The notes under the pieces were generated by a model. That model did no database searches and was not told the DNA's origin. It saw nothing but the letters and a program-made list of their open reading frames with translations. 64,000 nucleotides of DNA from an uncultured Lactobacillales bacterium (GTDB lineage Bacteria > Pseudomonadota > Alphaproteobacteria > CAYJES01): NCBI GenBank assembly GCA_964369365.1, contig CAYJES010000001.1, positions 30,967 through 94,966 on the forward strand, given 5' to 3'. Below are positions 48,724 through 59,318 of this stretch, piece by piece (the stretch's first letter is position 1; the number at the start of each line of letters is the position of its first letter). The translations under genes were made by a program, and so were the position numbers.

Positions 48724-49738
48724 TTACCGCTCCTTTTAGATGGTTTATGATATTTAATGTATTATCCTTTTTATCGACATCTGATTTATTAGAAAACTCT
48801 ATTTTGTTTTTTGTTTTTGCCTCTGCTTTTTCGGCTTTTTTTCTTGCAGCTTCTTTGGTTTCAACTTCAACCTTTTTTTGTAACCAAAAGGCAGCATCTT
48901 CATCGCCTTTTATTCTGCCTTCATAAAGCATATCAAGAGTGTACTTTAGCTCTTCAAGTTTTTTTTCTGATGGCTCTTTTTGCATTTCTTTTCTGGCTGT
49001 ACTGAACTCAGTTGATACTGCCCATAATTCACTAGATGTAAATGTGCTGCATAATTCGCACGCACGATTTTCATCCATATCATAATCTTTAAATAATTTA
49101 ACAGCCTTTGCTATTTCTTGTTGATTCGGATATATGTTATTGCTGCCTTTTACAGCTATAACAGAATCGGTTTCAATTCCATTTTTCTTCAAAAAATTTT
49201 TGAATGCATTTAATGAAGCACCAGTTGTTAAAATATCTTCCACAAGGACTATTTTACAATCTTTACTTGCTATTTTTAACGCTGAAAAAGTGTCATTATC
49301 CCCTATTTCATATAATCTTGATGCATATGGTCTTAACGCCTTTGTTACATCTTTCATCGCAATAGAGTGCAAAGTATCTATGAAATTATCAGATTCCAAA
49401 GTATTTGTGTTACAGCCTTTTGCGTTAAGCTTTTCTTTTAAAACATTACCTAGTTGTACTGGTATTGTGTTGGTTTTGCTTGTGCTTGGAACGCTTAATA
49501 ATATTACGTTATCATCTTTATATTTATCGGCAAGCGGCGCTATAAAATCGTCAGTTATATACTTTCTTATTAACCTTTCTCCTGCTGCGTCGTCTTTCTT
49601 TTTGCCTTTTACAAAGTCGACATCTACAAGCAGGTCGTCAGTATTTTTTTTATCTACAACTGTGAAAATATTATCCGATGATATCGGAGAAAAATATTTA
49701 TCAATCGCTTCTTTTATTTCTTTTGCTATTGGTTTCAT
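48716..49738 (-). CDS. Phosphoribosyltransferase-fold (ComF-like?) protein with coiled-coil C-terminus.
   Basis: Type I PRT motif IVLVEDILTTGASL. Confidence 0.45.
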   Translation of the reverse strand: MKPIAKEIKEAIDKYFSPISSDNIFTVVDKKNTDDLLVDVDFVKGKKKDDAAGERLIRKYITDDFIAPLADKYKDDNVILLSVPSTSKTNTIPVQLGNVLKEKLNAKGCNTNTLESDNFIDTLHSIAMKDVTKALRPYASRLYEIGDNDTFSALKIASKDCKIVLVEDILTTGASLNAFKNFLKKNGIETDSVIAVKGSNNIYPNQQEIAKAVKLFKDYDMDENRACELCSTFTSSELWAVSTEFSTARKEMQKEPSEKKLEELKYTLDMLYEGRIKGDEDAAFWLQKKVEVETKEAARKKAEKAEAKTKNKIEFSNKSDVDKKDNTLNIINHLKGAVNG

Positions 49739-49801
49739 AATTATTAATATACTCGCTTTTCATTAAAAAGTCAATGCTTTTTTGCCTTGTTTTTTGACAA
49801 A

Positions 49802-50965
49802 TTAAATGGTTAGTGTTTTATGGATTTTTTGGGCGAATGCATTTTCCGGTTGCTCTTTTAACCATAAATCAGCCAATTTTTTTGCATTTACTTTATCGAT
49901 TTCAATGTAGTCTGAAATTGCTTCAAAAAGACCTTTGTCTAGATTTGGAATATCCTTTTTCATCGATAAAACATTAAAATACATTCCCAAGGCTTCATCT
50001 AAATCACCTTGTTCATGCAAGATGAAAGCAAAATTTAATAATACTTCTGGGATATTTGGGTTTATTTCAATAACTTTGCGATAATTTTCAATTGCTTCTA
50101 ATAAAAGTCCTTGTTTGTGAGCAATAATACCTAAATTTATTAAAACATCTATATTATTTTTATCCCATTCCAATGCATTTTTAAGGACTTCTTTAGCCTT
50201 TTTTAAATCGCCCCGACGAACATATATTTCTGAGATTAGAATTGTGGCTGGAATATAATTATTATGCTCATTTAAAATCTGATTATATGTTTCAAAAGCT
50301 TTTTCCTCTTCGCCTTTTAAATCATATAAAACACCCAGCAACTCTTTCATTTTTGGGTGAGGATATTCTGACACAGCAGCTTCAATCGCTATAAATGCAC
50401 TTTCATAATCTTTTTCTTGTTTGTGAATTTGCGCAGTTTGATACAGAACGAAAGGGTTTTTAGGAGACACTTCTAATGCCTTTTTCAATATATTTAAAGC
50501 TTTTTTAACATCTTCTGTTTCAAGCGAGGCAAGACCTAACAATGCTTGATAGCAATTTTCATCGATTGAAAGTGCTTTTTCATATGCTTTTTTTGCCTGA
50601 GACAGTTCATTCAGCGATTGCAAACATACCCCTTTGCCATAATAACATGCTATTTCACTAGGGTTTATTTCAATAATTTTTTCATAATAATCAAGCGCCT
50701 CACTATGTTTTCCCCAGGCTTCTAAAGTTTGGGCTAAGTTCAGCAATATTTCAGGATTATTTTTATCTGTTGAAAGTATATCATAAAAAATTTCAGCAGA
50801 TTGCTCATAAAATTCTTTTTCATAAGCAATTAATCCTAGCATCTTTTTTATCTGAGGCTCTTCTGGCATTGATTGCAACAGCTCTCTTGCTAAGCTTTCT
50901 GCTTTGTCTAGCTCTCCTTCTCTATAAAAATTTATCGCATTTTCAAAGATTATTTGATATGACAT
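49802..50965 (-). CDS. Tetratricopeptide-repeat protein.
   Basis: Multiple 34-aa TPR units (e.g. AEIFYDILSTDKNNPEILLNLAQTLEAWGKHSEA). Confidence 0.7.
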   Translation of the reverse strand: MSYQIIFENAINFYREGELDKAESLARELLQSMPEEPQIKKMLGLIAYEKEFYEQSAEIFYDILSTDKNNPEILLNLAQTLEAWGKHSEALDYYEKIIEINPSEIACYYGKGVCLQSLNELSQAKKAYEKALSIDENCYQALLGLASLETEDVKKALNILKKALEVSPKNPFVLYQTAQIHKQEKDYESAFIAIEAAVSEYPHPKMKELLGVLYDLKGEEEKAFETYNQILNEHNNYIPATILISEIYVRRGDLKKAKEVLKNALEWDKNNIDVLINLGIIAHKQGLLLEAIENYRKVIEINPNIPEVLLNFAFILHEQGDLDEALGMYFNVLSMKKDIPNLDKGLFEAISDYIEIDKVNAKKLADLWLKEQPENAFAQKIHKTLTI

Positions 50966-51030
50966 TTTTCCTCATAATATATACTTATTGATAGATTTAC
51001 AACTTATTGTATTGGTGATAAAGTATTTTT

Positions 51031-51093
51031 ATGAGTAGCTAGAATTTTTAAAGATAACAACCCCACATTTAAACTCGATTTCTAGCTACTCAT
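51031..51093 (-). promoter_or_regulatory. 14-bp perfect inverted repeat (ATGAGTAGCTAGAA ... TTCTAGCTACTCAT) separated by 35 bp, immediately downstream of rpoD.
   Basis: Read directly from sequence. Candidate terminator or attenuator hairpin, or protein-binding palindrome. Confidence 0.4.
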
Positions 51094-51105
51094 CCCTCAA
51101 ACAAT

Positions 51106-53421
51106 CTAGTAATTATCCAAAAAACTTCTCAATTTTCTAGAACGACTAGGATGTTTTAATTTTCTTAGAGCTTTTGCCTCGATTTGACGGATACGTTCTC
51201 TGGTTACTGAAAACTGCTGACCAACCTCTTCTAATGTATGGTCGGTATTCATACCAATACCAAAACGCATCCTTAAAACGCGTTCTTCTCTTGGTGTTAA
51301 ACTAGACAATACCATTGTACAAGTAGCACGCAAGTTTGCTTGGATTGCTGCATCAAGCGGTTGAACAGAGTTTTTATCCTCGATAAAATCGCCTAGATGT
51401 GAATCTTCTTCATCACCTACTGGTGTTTCCAAACTTATCGGCTCTTTTGCTATTTTCATAACTTTTTTAATTTTATCAACTGACATATTTAAACGCACTG
51501 CCAATTCTTCTGGAATAGGTTCTTTACCTGTTTCATGCATCATTTGACGTGAAGTACGCACCAATTTGTTAATCGTTTCAATCATATGAACCGGAATACG
51601 AATCGTTCTTGCTTGGTCTGCTATCGACCTTGTAATTGCCTGTCTTATCCACCAAGTTGCATAGGTTGAAAACTTGTAACCACGACGATATTCAAACTTA
51701 TCCACTGCTTTCATCAAACCTATATTACCTTCTTGAATTAAATCCAAAAATTGCAAACCACGGTTCATATATTTTTTGGCAATAGAAATAACCAACCTAA
51801 GGTTTGCTTCTATCATCTCACGTTTTGCTTTTGTTACTTCTTGTTCACCCTTTTTAACCATCATAACAATACGACGATATTCTGACAATGGCATACCTAC
51901 TTCTTGGACTGTATCTGAAATTTCGCCATGAATTTCATCAATTTCGTTTTTATGTAAATCTAAAAACTTTTTCCATTTTTTATCAGATGATTTTTCAATT
52001 AATTGAATCCATCTTATGCCTTTTTCGCCTTGGCCATATTTTGATAAAAATTCATCCCTTGAAATTCTTACATCAAGAGCAAGACGCAACAACCTACCTT
52101 CTAACATCAATATTTTTTTGTTATAAACGTTAAGTTGATCAACGAGCTCTTCTATCCTTCTAGGGTTTAGTTGGATTTTTTCCAACAACAATACAAGTTC
52201 TCTTTTAATTTCGTTGTATTTTTTCCTAACCGAATCAGAAGGAATTTCACCTTCTATTATCAAATTAAGTCTGTTATCACGAGCTTTTTTAAATTTTTTG
52301 TATACTTGACTTATCGCATCAAACATTTCCAAAACTTGAGGCATCAAAGATGTTTCCATTTGAAGCAATGAAACAGCAGGAGAATCATCATCTTCCTCTT
52401 CTTCATCTTCTTCTGGCTCTTTATCTAGGGCTGGATCGTCGTAATCACCAAAATCATCGCCTGAAATTAAATCGTCATCATCTTCGTCATCTGAATTTTG
52501 ACCATCGACTACTTCTTTTTTCTTTTTCTTTGCTAGTTTTGTTTTGCCTTCTGACTTTACACTTTTTGCAAAATCTGCTTCATCATATGTAGCATCAAGA
52601 TCGATAATATCACGTAACAACATTTCGCCGGCAAGTAATGCTGTATGCCAACGATTTATTGCACGCATGGTCAATGAACTTTCACAAAGACCACTGATAA
52701 GTAAATCTTTGCCGGCTTCCATCCTTTTTGCAATTGCGATTTCGCCTTCACGAGAAAGTAATTCTACTGCGCCCATTTCACGTAAATACAAACGAACAGG
52801 GTCATCCGTTTTACCAGATATACCAACGTCTTCTACGGTTAGTTCGCCATCCATTACTTCACCGTCTTCGCCTTCTGTTCCTTCTTTGCGGTTTTTTCCC
52901 TTGCGAGGAGTGCTTTGAGAAATTTGAATTCCCAAATCAGAAATAACTTTCATAGCCTCTTCAATTAATTCAGGAGCGCGTTTTTGAGCAGGAATAGATT
53001 TATTTATTTCATCAATTGTTATTTTACCTTCTGATTTTGCTCTGTCAATTGCACGCCTTAAACCAAGTGGTAATTTTATTTCTAGAACTTCTGGCTCAGC
53101 TATAACAACTTTTACTTCGGATTTTTTACTTTTTTCTGCTTTTACTTTTTCTACTTTTGCTTTTTTATCTTCTGTTTTTTTTGTAATTTTATTAGAAGTT
53201 TCTTTTTTCATAACCTTCTTAATTTCTTCTGTTTTTTTTATTGCCTTTTTAGCCGGAACAGGCTTTTTTGCCGCCGCTTTTTTGGGAGCGTCTTTTTTAG
53301 CCACCACAGCTTTTTTTGATGGTAGTTTTTTAGAAGTCGGTTTTGATTTTGATGCTGGTGCTGATTTTTTCGTAGTATTTTGCGATTTTTTTGCAATTTT
53401 CGCAGAAGAAGTTTTAGCCAT
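51106..53421 (-). CDS. rpoD: RNA polymerase sigma-70 (RpoD) with ~110-aa Lys/Ala/Pro-rich N-terminal extension.
   Basis: Regions 1.1, 2 ([50 protein letters not shown]), 3 and 4 ([27 protein letters not shown]). Acidic linker. Confidence 0.9.
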   Translation of the reverse strand: MAKTSSAKIAKKSQNTTKKSAPASKSKPTSKKLPSKKAVVAKKDAPKKAAAKKPVPAKKAIKKTEEIKKVMKKETSNKITKKTEDKKAKVEKVKAEKSKKSEVKVVIAEPEVLEIKLPLGLRRAIDRAKSEGKITIDEINKSIPAQKRAPELIEEAMKVISDLGIQISQSTPRKGKNRKEGTEGEDGEVMDGELTVEDVGISGKTDDPVRLYLREMGAVELLSREGEIAIAKRMEAGKDLLISGLCESSLTMRAINRWHTALLAGEMLLRDIIDLDATYDEADFAKSVKSEGKTKLAKKKKKEVVDGQNSDDEDDDDLISGDDFGDYDDPALDKEPEEDEEEEDDDSPAVSLLQMETSLMPQVLEMFDAISQVYKKFKKARDNRLNLIIEGEIPSDSVRKKYNEIKRELVLLLEKIQLNPRRIEELVDQLNVYNKKILMLEGRLLRLALDVRISRDEFLSKYGQGEKGIRWIQLIEKSSDKKWKKFLDLHKNEIDEIHGEISDTVQEVGMPLSEYRRIVMMVKKGEQEVTKAKREMIEANLRLVISIAKKYMNRGLQFLDLIQEGNIGLMKAVDKFEYRRGYKFSTYATWWIRQAITRSIADQARTIRIPVHMIETINKLVRTSRQMMHETGKEPIPEELAVRLNMSVDKIKKVMKIAKEPISLETPVGDEEDSHLGDFIEDKNSVQPLDAAIQANLRATCTMVLSSLTPREERVLRMRFGIGMNTDHTLEEVGQQFSVTRERIRQIEAKALRKLKHPSRSRKLRSFLDNY

Positions 53422-53577
53422 ATTTTTTCCCTGATTAATGTTGAAATAAAAGACTCGGTAAACTTTGCTTTAATACTATAAAAAAGCGAATTTGTCAAGA
53501 AAAAGCATTGAAAAAAGTGTTTTTAAATCAAATTTATTATGCTATAAAGGCTTATTATATTTTCGAAGAGGCTTTTA

Positions 53578-54111
53578 ATGACAAAAGTAATCAACTTTTT
53601 TGGTGGTCCAGGCATAGGAAAATCAACGATAGCAGCAAAAATTTATGCTGAATTAAGTTCTATGGGATATTTATGCGAAATAGTTAACGAATTTGCAAAA
53701 GAACTTGCATGGGCAGGCCGAATCGATGATTTAAAGGACCAACTTTACGTTTTTGGAGAGCAAAACCACAGACAAAATATATTAATTGGCAAGGCTGATT
53801 TTGTTATAGTAGATGGATCTATCTTGCTTAGTGGATATTATAACAAACACTATAAAAGCGATAAATATTTAGATACATATTTTGATGAATTTATCATACA
53901 AATCTTTAATAAATACGATAACATCAATTACCTTATAACGCGTGATGATTCAGATGAATACAAAGAACACGGCAGAGTTCAAACAGAAGAAGCAGCCAAA
54001 AAAGTTGATGTCGAGATGAAAAATTATCTTGATGAATCTCGCATTAATTATAAAGAAATTTCTAGAAATGACACGTCGTCAATCATTAACGACATCATTA
54101 AAAATAAATAG
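53578..54111 (+). CDS. P-loop NTPase (NadR-kinase/AAA_28-like).
   Basis: Walker A GGPGIGKST. Walker B-like VIVDGS. Confidence 0.5.
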   Translation: MTKVINFFGGPGIGKSTIAAKIYAELSSMGYLCEIVNEFAKELAWAGRIDDLKDQLYVFGEQNHRQNILIGKADFVIVDGSILLSGYYNKHYKSDKYLDTYFDEFIIQIFNKYDNINYLITRDDSDEYKEHGRVQTEEAAKKVDVEMKNYLDESRINYKEISRNDTSSIINDIIKNK

Positions 54112-54119
54112 TTCATATT

Positions 54120-55796
54120 TTAAATTCTAACTAAATGCACTTCCGTTAAAGGTTTATTACCTTGAACTTGCGCCACATATTTGCGAATCGCCATTTTTAC
54201 TTGTTCTTTGATTGTAAAATCGTTATTTCTCTCTAACCCTTGCAATCCACCGATTACTTCTTTTACCTTTTCTTTGATTACAGTTATCTCTTCGCTTTCT
54301 TCATCATAAAGTCCAATGCTGGAAATTTGTGGCTCACCCAACAATTCAGCATCTTTATTAATTACTATTGTTGCAACGATACTACCGCTATAGATAATTT
54401 TTTTACGACTTTTAAGGACGCTCGAATCCATACGGATTATGCGTTTTCCGTCTATTGCCAATATTCCAGTTTCAATCGAAGATAGGGTTTTGACATCTTC
54501 ATTGCTGATTAAAACCATATCACCGTCTTTTATTTCTAATGATTTTTCACAACCACATTCAAGAGCGAATTTTGCATGCTCTTCCAAATGAACAGGCTCT
54601 CCGTGAACTGGGATAACATATTTAGGCTTCACAAGTTCATACATTTTTGCCATATCGCCTCTTGCTGGGTGGCCTGATACGTGAATTTCTGGAATATCCG
54701 TATTGCTTATAACTTCTGCACCCAATATTGATAAACGATTTTGAACCAATGACACTTCGGTTTCATTACCTGGAATTACTCTTGCTGAAAAAATAACTAC
54801 ATCTCCTTTTCCAACACGTACGAATCGATTATCATTTTTTGCGATGCTATGCATTGCCGACCTACGTTCCCCTTGCGAACCTGTACAAACATATACCAAT
54901 TCACTTTTATCATATTCTGCTGCTTCTTGTTCCGATAAGAAGTCATCAATATCTATTAAGTATCCACTTGCCCTTGCTGCTCCGTCTGCACGCCATAGCG
55001 ATCTGCCCACCAAACAAACTTTACGATTGTTTTTGGCCGCCGCAATTGCAATACTTTCCAATCTTGCAATGTTAGAAGCAAAACATCCAACTAATATACC
55101 TTTATTATACTTTGCAAATAAATCTATTAAAGTTTCTCTTACCGTCATTTCAGATTTTGAAAAACCTTCAGTGAACACACTTGTTGAATCGCCTATTACA
55201 GCTGTTATTCCTGATTTACCAAAATTTTCAAAAGTTTCATAATTAGGTTTTAATTCAATATCTTTGTTGTTATCAAATTTCCAATCTCCTGTGTGGATTA
55301 CTTTTGTTTCGCCTGCTTTTATCATCAAGGTATGAGCTTCTGGAATCGAATGATTCATCGCAACAAAAGAAATCTCAAAAGGCGATATAGAAATAGTTGT
55401 GTCAGGCGAAATTGTGTTTATTTCCACCCTGCCCAACAATCCCGCTTCATCAAGACGAGATGAAAGCATTTCTTTTGCAAATTCGCTCATGTATAAAGGG
55501 CAACGAAGCTTAGACCATAAATGAGAAATTGCACCAACGTGATCTTCATGCGCGTGAGTGATTACAATGCCCAACAAATCTTTTGCAAATGGCTCTATAA
55601 AATCAATAGAAGGCAACAAAATATCAATACCAGGGATGCTATCATCAGCAAAACCAATGCCCAAGTCTACCATCAACCATTTACCTTTATGATGATAAAG
55701 ATAACAGTTAAGACCTATTTCACCAACACCTCCTAATGGAAGAAAAATCAGTTTATTATTATATTGTTCCAATAATTTTGCTATATCATTATTCAT
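54120..55796 (-). CDS. rnj: Ribonuclease J (MBL/beta-CASP RNase).
   Basis: THAHEDHVGA motif. Beta-CASP and C-terminal domain. Size 558 aa. Confidence 0.8.
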   Translation of the reverse strand: MNNDIAKLLEQYNNKLIFLPLGGVGEIGLNCYLYHHKGKWLMVDLGIGFADDSIPGIDILLPSIDFIEPFAKDLLGIVITHAHEDHVGAISHLWSKLRCPLYMSEFAKEMLSSRLDEAGLLGRVEINTISPDTTISISPFEISFVAMNHSIPEAHTLMIKAGETKVIHTGDWKFDNNKDIELKPNYETFENFGKSGITAVIGDSTSVFTEGFSKSEMTVRETLIDLFAKYNKGILVGCFASNIARLESIAIAAAKNNRKVCLVGRSLWRADGAARASGYLIDIDDFLSEQEAAEYDKSELVYVCTGSQGERRSAMHSIAKNDNRFVRVGKGDVVIFSARVIPGNETEVSLVQNRLSILGAEVISNTDIPEIHVSGHPARGDMAKMYELVKPKYVIPVHGEPVHLEEHAKFALECGCEKSLEIKDGDMVLISNEDVKTLSSIETGILAIDGKRIIRMDSSVLKSRKKIIYSGSIVATIVINKDAELLGEPQISSIGLYDEESEEITVIKEKVKEVIGGLQGLERNNDFTIKEQVKMAIRKYVAQVQGNKPLTEVHLVRI

Positions 55797-56491
55797 AAGT
55801 AAAATACATCCCCTGCCATTATTTGTTTTGTTTCTTTGCCTGTATCCAGCAATAAAGCACCTTGTTCCGATATGCCTTTAAAAATTCCAACCATTTTTTC
55901 ATTGATTGTTGTTACTTCTATTTGCGAATCCAAATTGTGAGCGTAATTTAACCATTTTTCGCGAATTAAAGCAAATCCTTTATCATTTAATATTTTAATA
56001 TTGGATGATAAATTATTGGATAAAACTTCTAAAAGTTGCTGAGGAGATATCTCTATCCCATAATCGCTAAGCGAACATGTTTCATATTTTGAATTTAAAA
56101 ATGACGATATTATATTTATTCCTATACCTATTATCAACGCACTTTCGCAAACTTCCAGCAATATTCCTGAAGATTTTTTTCCATCAATCAAAACATCATT
56201 TGGCCATTTGCAACTAGTCCCTTTTTTTAATCCTAATTCAAAAAAAGAATCGAGAACCGACAATGCCGAGACAAAAGAATAGCAACTAGGGTTTTTATTT
56301 TCAACCACAAAAGAACAATAAAGATTTCCTTTTGGACTGTGCCATTTTCTGTCATATCTTCCTTTACCAGATGACTGACTATCCGCATAAATGACAGAAT
56401 TATAAGATATTTCAGATTTCAACACAAGTTCTTTTGCCAATTCATTTGTGCTAGGAATATCGTCAAAATGCAACAGTTTCCAGTCACCCAT
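55793..56491 (-). CDS. birA: Biotin--[acetyl-CoA-carboxylase] ligase.
   Basis: GRGRxxRxW-type motif (SGKGRYDRKWHSPKG). Size 232 aa, no N-terminal HTH. Confidence 0.7.
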   Translation of the reverse strand: MGDWKLLHFDDIPSTNELAKELVLKSEISYNSVIYADSQSSGKGRYDRKWHSPKGNLYCSFVVENKNPSCYSFVSALSVLDSFFELGLKKGTSCKWPNDVLIDGKKSSGILLEVCESALIIGIGINIISSFLNSKYETCSLSDYGIEISPQQLLEVLSNNLSSNIKILNDKGFALIREKWLNYAHNLDSQIEVTTINEKMVGIFKGISEQGALLLDTGKETKQIMAGDVFYL

Positions 56492-57855
56492 TAAATTACG
56501 GCCTCTTTAACAAAAAACAAAATATGTGATAACAGAAACCCAAAAAAGCAAACAAATAAAAGACAGATAAGAATAACTAGCTTTAACGATGAGTTTACGT
56601 CTGACAACAACACTTCACCTTTTTCAAAAAACAAAATTTTCGCCATTTTAGCTATTAAAATAAAGCCTATCATGCTTGTAAAAATTGCAAAAATTGCTTG
56701 AAAATAATATCCATTTAAAAATGCATCTGATAATATAGAAAACCGCGCAAAAAAGCCGCCAAACGGAGGAAACCCGAGCAAAGAAAGCATAAATATCAAC
56801 AAAACCACCATTCTTAAAGGATACACCTTTCCTAAGCCTGATAAACTTTTTATATCGGTTAATAAGTTATTTCCATTTCTAAATGAACAAATAACAGCTA
56901 TAAAACCAAACATAGCAAAAGAATATGCCATTAAATAAACAACCAAATGGCGATAAGATTCTTCAAACCCAGCGGTTGTAATAGGAATTAATGCATAACC
57001 TGTATTCATTATAACCAAATATGCTATCAACTTTTTTAAATTAGTTTGTGATAATGAGCCAAAAGCTCCTATTATCATACTTATTATTGAGATAAACAAG
57101 AATATATCATCAAAAAATTCCAGAGTTCTTAATTTAAATATTAACAACAATAAAACTATTTGAACTGTTATTGCGTAAACAGAAATTAAAGGCAAAAGTA
57201 TTCCATCGTATAGCCTTATTAGCCAAAAATGGAAAGGAACAACAGCAAGCTTTATCAAAAATCCACATATTATTAATCCTATCCCAAGAGCAACCCCCAT
57301 ATTAGAAAGACTTCTTATTTCAGAAAATTCTAATGAAGCGCTGTACCCATAAACCAACGAAATTCCAAAAACAATAATGGCCGAAGAGCAAAGTCCCATT
57401 AAGATAGAATGGGTTACAGATTTAATAGACGAGGGATTATATTTATCATATCCTATTAAACAGTATAAACTAAGCGAAAATAATTCCAATCCAAGATAAC
57501 ACTCTATTAAATTTTGTGATTTTATTGCGATGCCTGCACCTATTATTGTAAATATTAAAAATACAGGCCTTTGATAACTTTGCTGAACTTGATAAGATGC
57601 ATACGCTTTTAACAATATCATCGAAAACATCGAAGTTAATATTAACATTAAATTTATTATGTTTAACACATCACTGTACCCTACACGAAGATAGCTACCG
57701 TAGAGGATTGCAATTAAAACACCCAATGTTGCTAGCAAAACATTTATTATGTATTCTGTATTTTTTTTAGCGATTGCCCCCATTCCCAACAAAGATATGG
57801 ATACAACTCCTAATATAACTTCAACCGCATATGGAACAAGAAAATTTAATAACAT
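56491..57855 (-). CDS. nuoN: NADH-quinone oxidoreductase subunit N-like antiporter-type membrane protein.
   Basis: 14-TM Mrp/Nuo antiporter-like. Position after nuoM-like and before birA. Confidence 0.55.
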   Translation of the reverse strand: MLLNFLVPYAVEVILGVVSISLLGMGAIAKKNTEYIINVLLATLGVLIAILYGSYLRVGYSDVLNIINLMLILTSMFSMILLKAYASYQVQQSYQRPVFLIFTIIGAGIAIKSQNLIECYLGLELFSLSLYCLIGYDKYNPSSIKSVTHSILMGLCSSAIIVFGISLVYGYSASLEFSEIRSLSNMGVALGIGLIICGFLIKLAVVPFHFWLIRLYDGILLPLISVYAITVQIVLLLLIFKLRTLEFFDDIFLFISIISMIIGAFGSLSQTNLKKLIAYLVIMNTGYALIPITTAGFEESYRHLVVYLMAYSFAMFGFIAVICSFRNGNNLLTDIKSLSGLGKVYPLRMVVLLIFMLSLLGFPPFGGFFARFSILSDAFLNGYYFQAIFAIFTSMIGFILIAKMAKILFFEKGEVLLSDVNSSLKLVILICLLFVCFFGFLLSHILFFVKEAVI

Positions 57856-59318
57856 TACATTTTTTCCGACAATAAAATTGTTTTATTTAAAATATCGCCA
57901 ACCATCCAAGGACAAAAACCAAGCACTAATATCATAATGCTTACAACCGTTAAAAAAGAGTTTTCATACATTGTAAGAGGCAAAAATTCTTTACCTTCTT
58001 CAATGTTTTTTGGCTCCATAAAAAATATTTTTTTATAGATGTTTAACATTGAAACCAATAATATAAAAGTCGCAATGATTAATAAAAATAATATTATTTT
58101 TGATTGAAAAAACAATCCAACCATTATCGACCATTTTCCTATAAATCCGACTGTTCCTGGTGACCCTATTACATTTAAAATTAACACAAAAAACATAACC
58201 GCCAACATCGGAGCAAAAGAATAAATCCCACCTATTGATTTTATTTTATAACTATAACCTCTTTTATGCAAAACTTCAGCAAAAAAACAAAATCCAGCCA
58301 TTCCTAAAACTTGTGCAATTATCATTGATACAACCCCTATTATTCCAAAATCTGATAAGGACAATAACCCCAATAACGACACACTTGCAAAAATTATTGC
58401 AATGTATGAAATTATTTTTTTGAAATCATTTTCTATCGACAATAAAAAACTTATATAAATTAGATTAAAAAGGACAAAATATATTGCTATAGGAGCTAAC
58501 TCTGCTGACATTTCAGGCATAGGAGATATTATCATTCTTGATATTGCGTAAACCGGCAACACTATCACAATTCCAGATATCACCATAGACACAGAGTTTA
58601 AACAATAATAATTTACAATAGATAACCATCTGTGAAACGGGAAAAAAGACATTTTTAATAAAAAACCCATGAACAGAAAAATCCATATTGTTTTTTGTTC
58701 AAGGTTTGTATATTCATCAAAATTAATATCAATTAATGTTTTGTTTTCTGGATATATATAAATAATAACCGGCAATATAAAAACAGAACCTACGATATAA
58801 TAAATTAAAAATTTTGATGCTGAATATATTTTGTTCTTATCATTTCCAAAAACCCCAATTAAATAGAACAAAGATAATAAAATAATTTCAAAAAAGACGT
58901 AAAACATCAAAATATCAATACTAAGTAGAACCCCGTTTACAGCTGCTTGTAAAAATAATATAGCCGCCATATATTCTTGGGGCATTGTTTTTATATTCCA
59001 ATTCAAAGTAAGGGCAATTAAGAATAAAAATGAACTTAACAACATCAATATCAATGAAAAAGCATCAACCCCTACAAGATAAAAACTTGCTTTAAAATAA
59101 CTGACATCAACGCTTTCCTTCAACTGAAAGCCATTAATATCATCATCAAAAACAATTAATAAAAGAAGACTTGCAATCATAACTAACGCAGAAGAAAAGA
59201 ACGCAACATTGCGTGAATTCTGAATTTTTATTTCATCACTACCTCTTATAAAAGTGATAAAAAATGCGCAAATAATCGGGAAAAATATTAAAAATGATAC
59301 TATTGGAAAATTTATCAT
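57855..59318 (-). CDS. nuoM: NADH-quinone oxidoreductase subunit M-like.
   Basis: Antiporter-like polytopic membrane protein, 487 aa, in J-K-L-M-N order. Confidence 0.55.
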   Translation of the reverse strand: MINFPIVSFLIFFPIICAFFITFIRGSDEIKIQNSRNVAFFSSALVMIASLLLLIVFDDDINGFQLKESVDVSYFKASFYLVGVDAFSLILMLLSSFLFLIALTLNWNIKTMPQEYMAAILFLQAAVNGVLLSIDILMFYVFFEIILLSLFYLIGVFGNDKNKIYSASKFLIYYIVGSVFILPVIIYIYPENKTLIDINFDEYTNLEQKTIWIFLFMGFLLKMSFFPFHRWLSIVNYYCLNSVSMVISGIVIVLPVYAISRMIISPMPEMSAELAPIAIYFVLFNLIYISFLLSIENDFKKIISYIAIIFASVSLLGLLSLSDFGIIGVVSMIIAQVLGMAGFCFFAEVLHKRGYSYKIKSIGGIYSFAPMLAVMFFVLILNVIGSPGTVGFIGKWSIMVGLFFQSKIILFLLIIATFILLVSMLNIYKKIFFMEPKNIEEGKEFLPLTMYENSFLTVVSIMILVLGFCPWMVGDILNKTILLSEKM

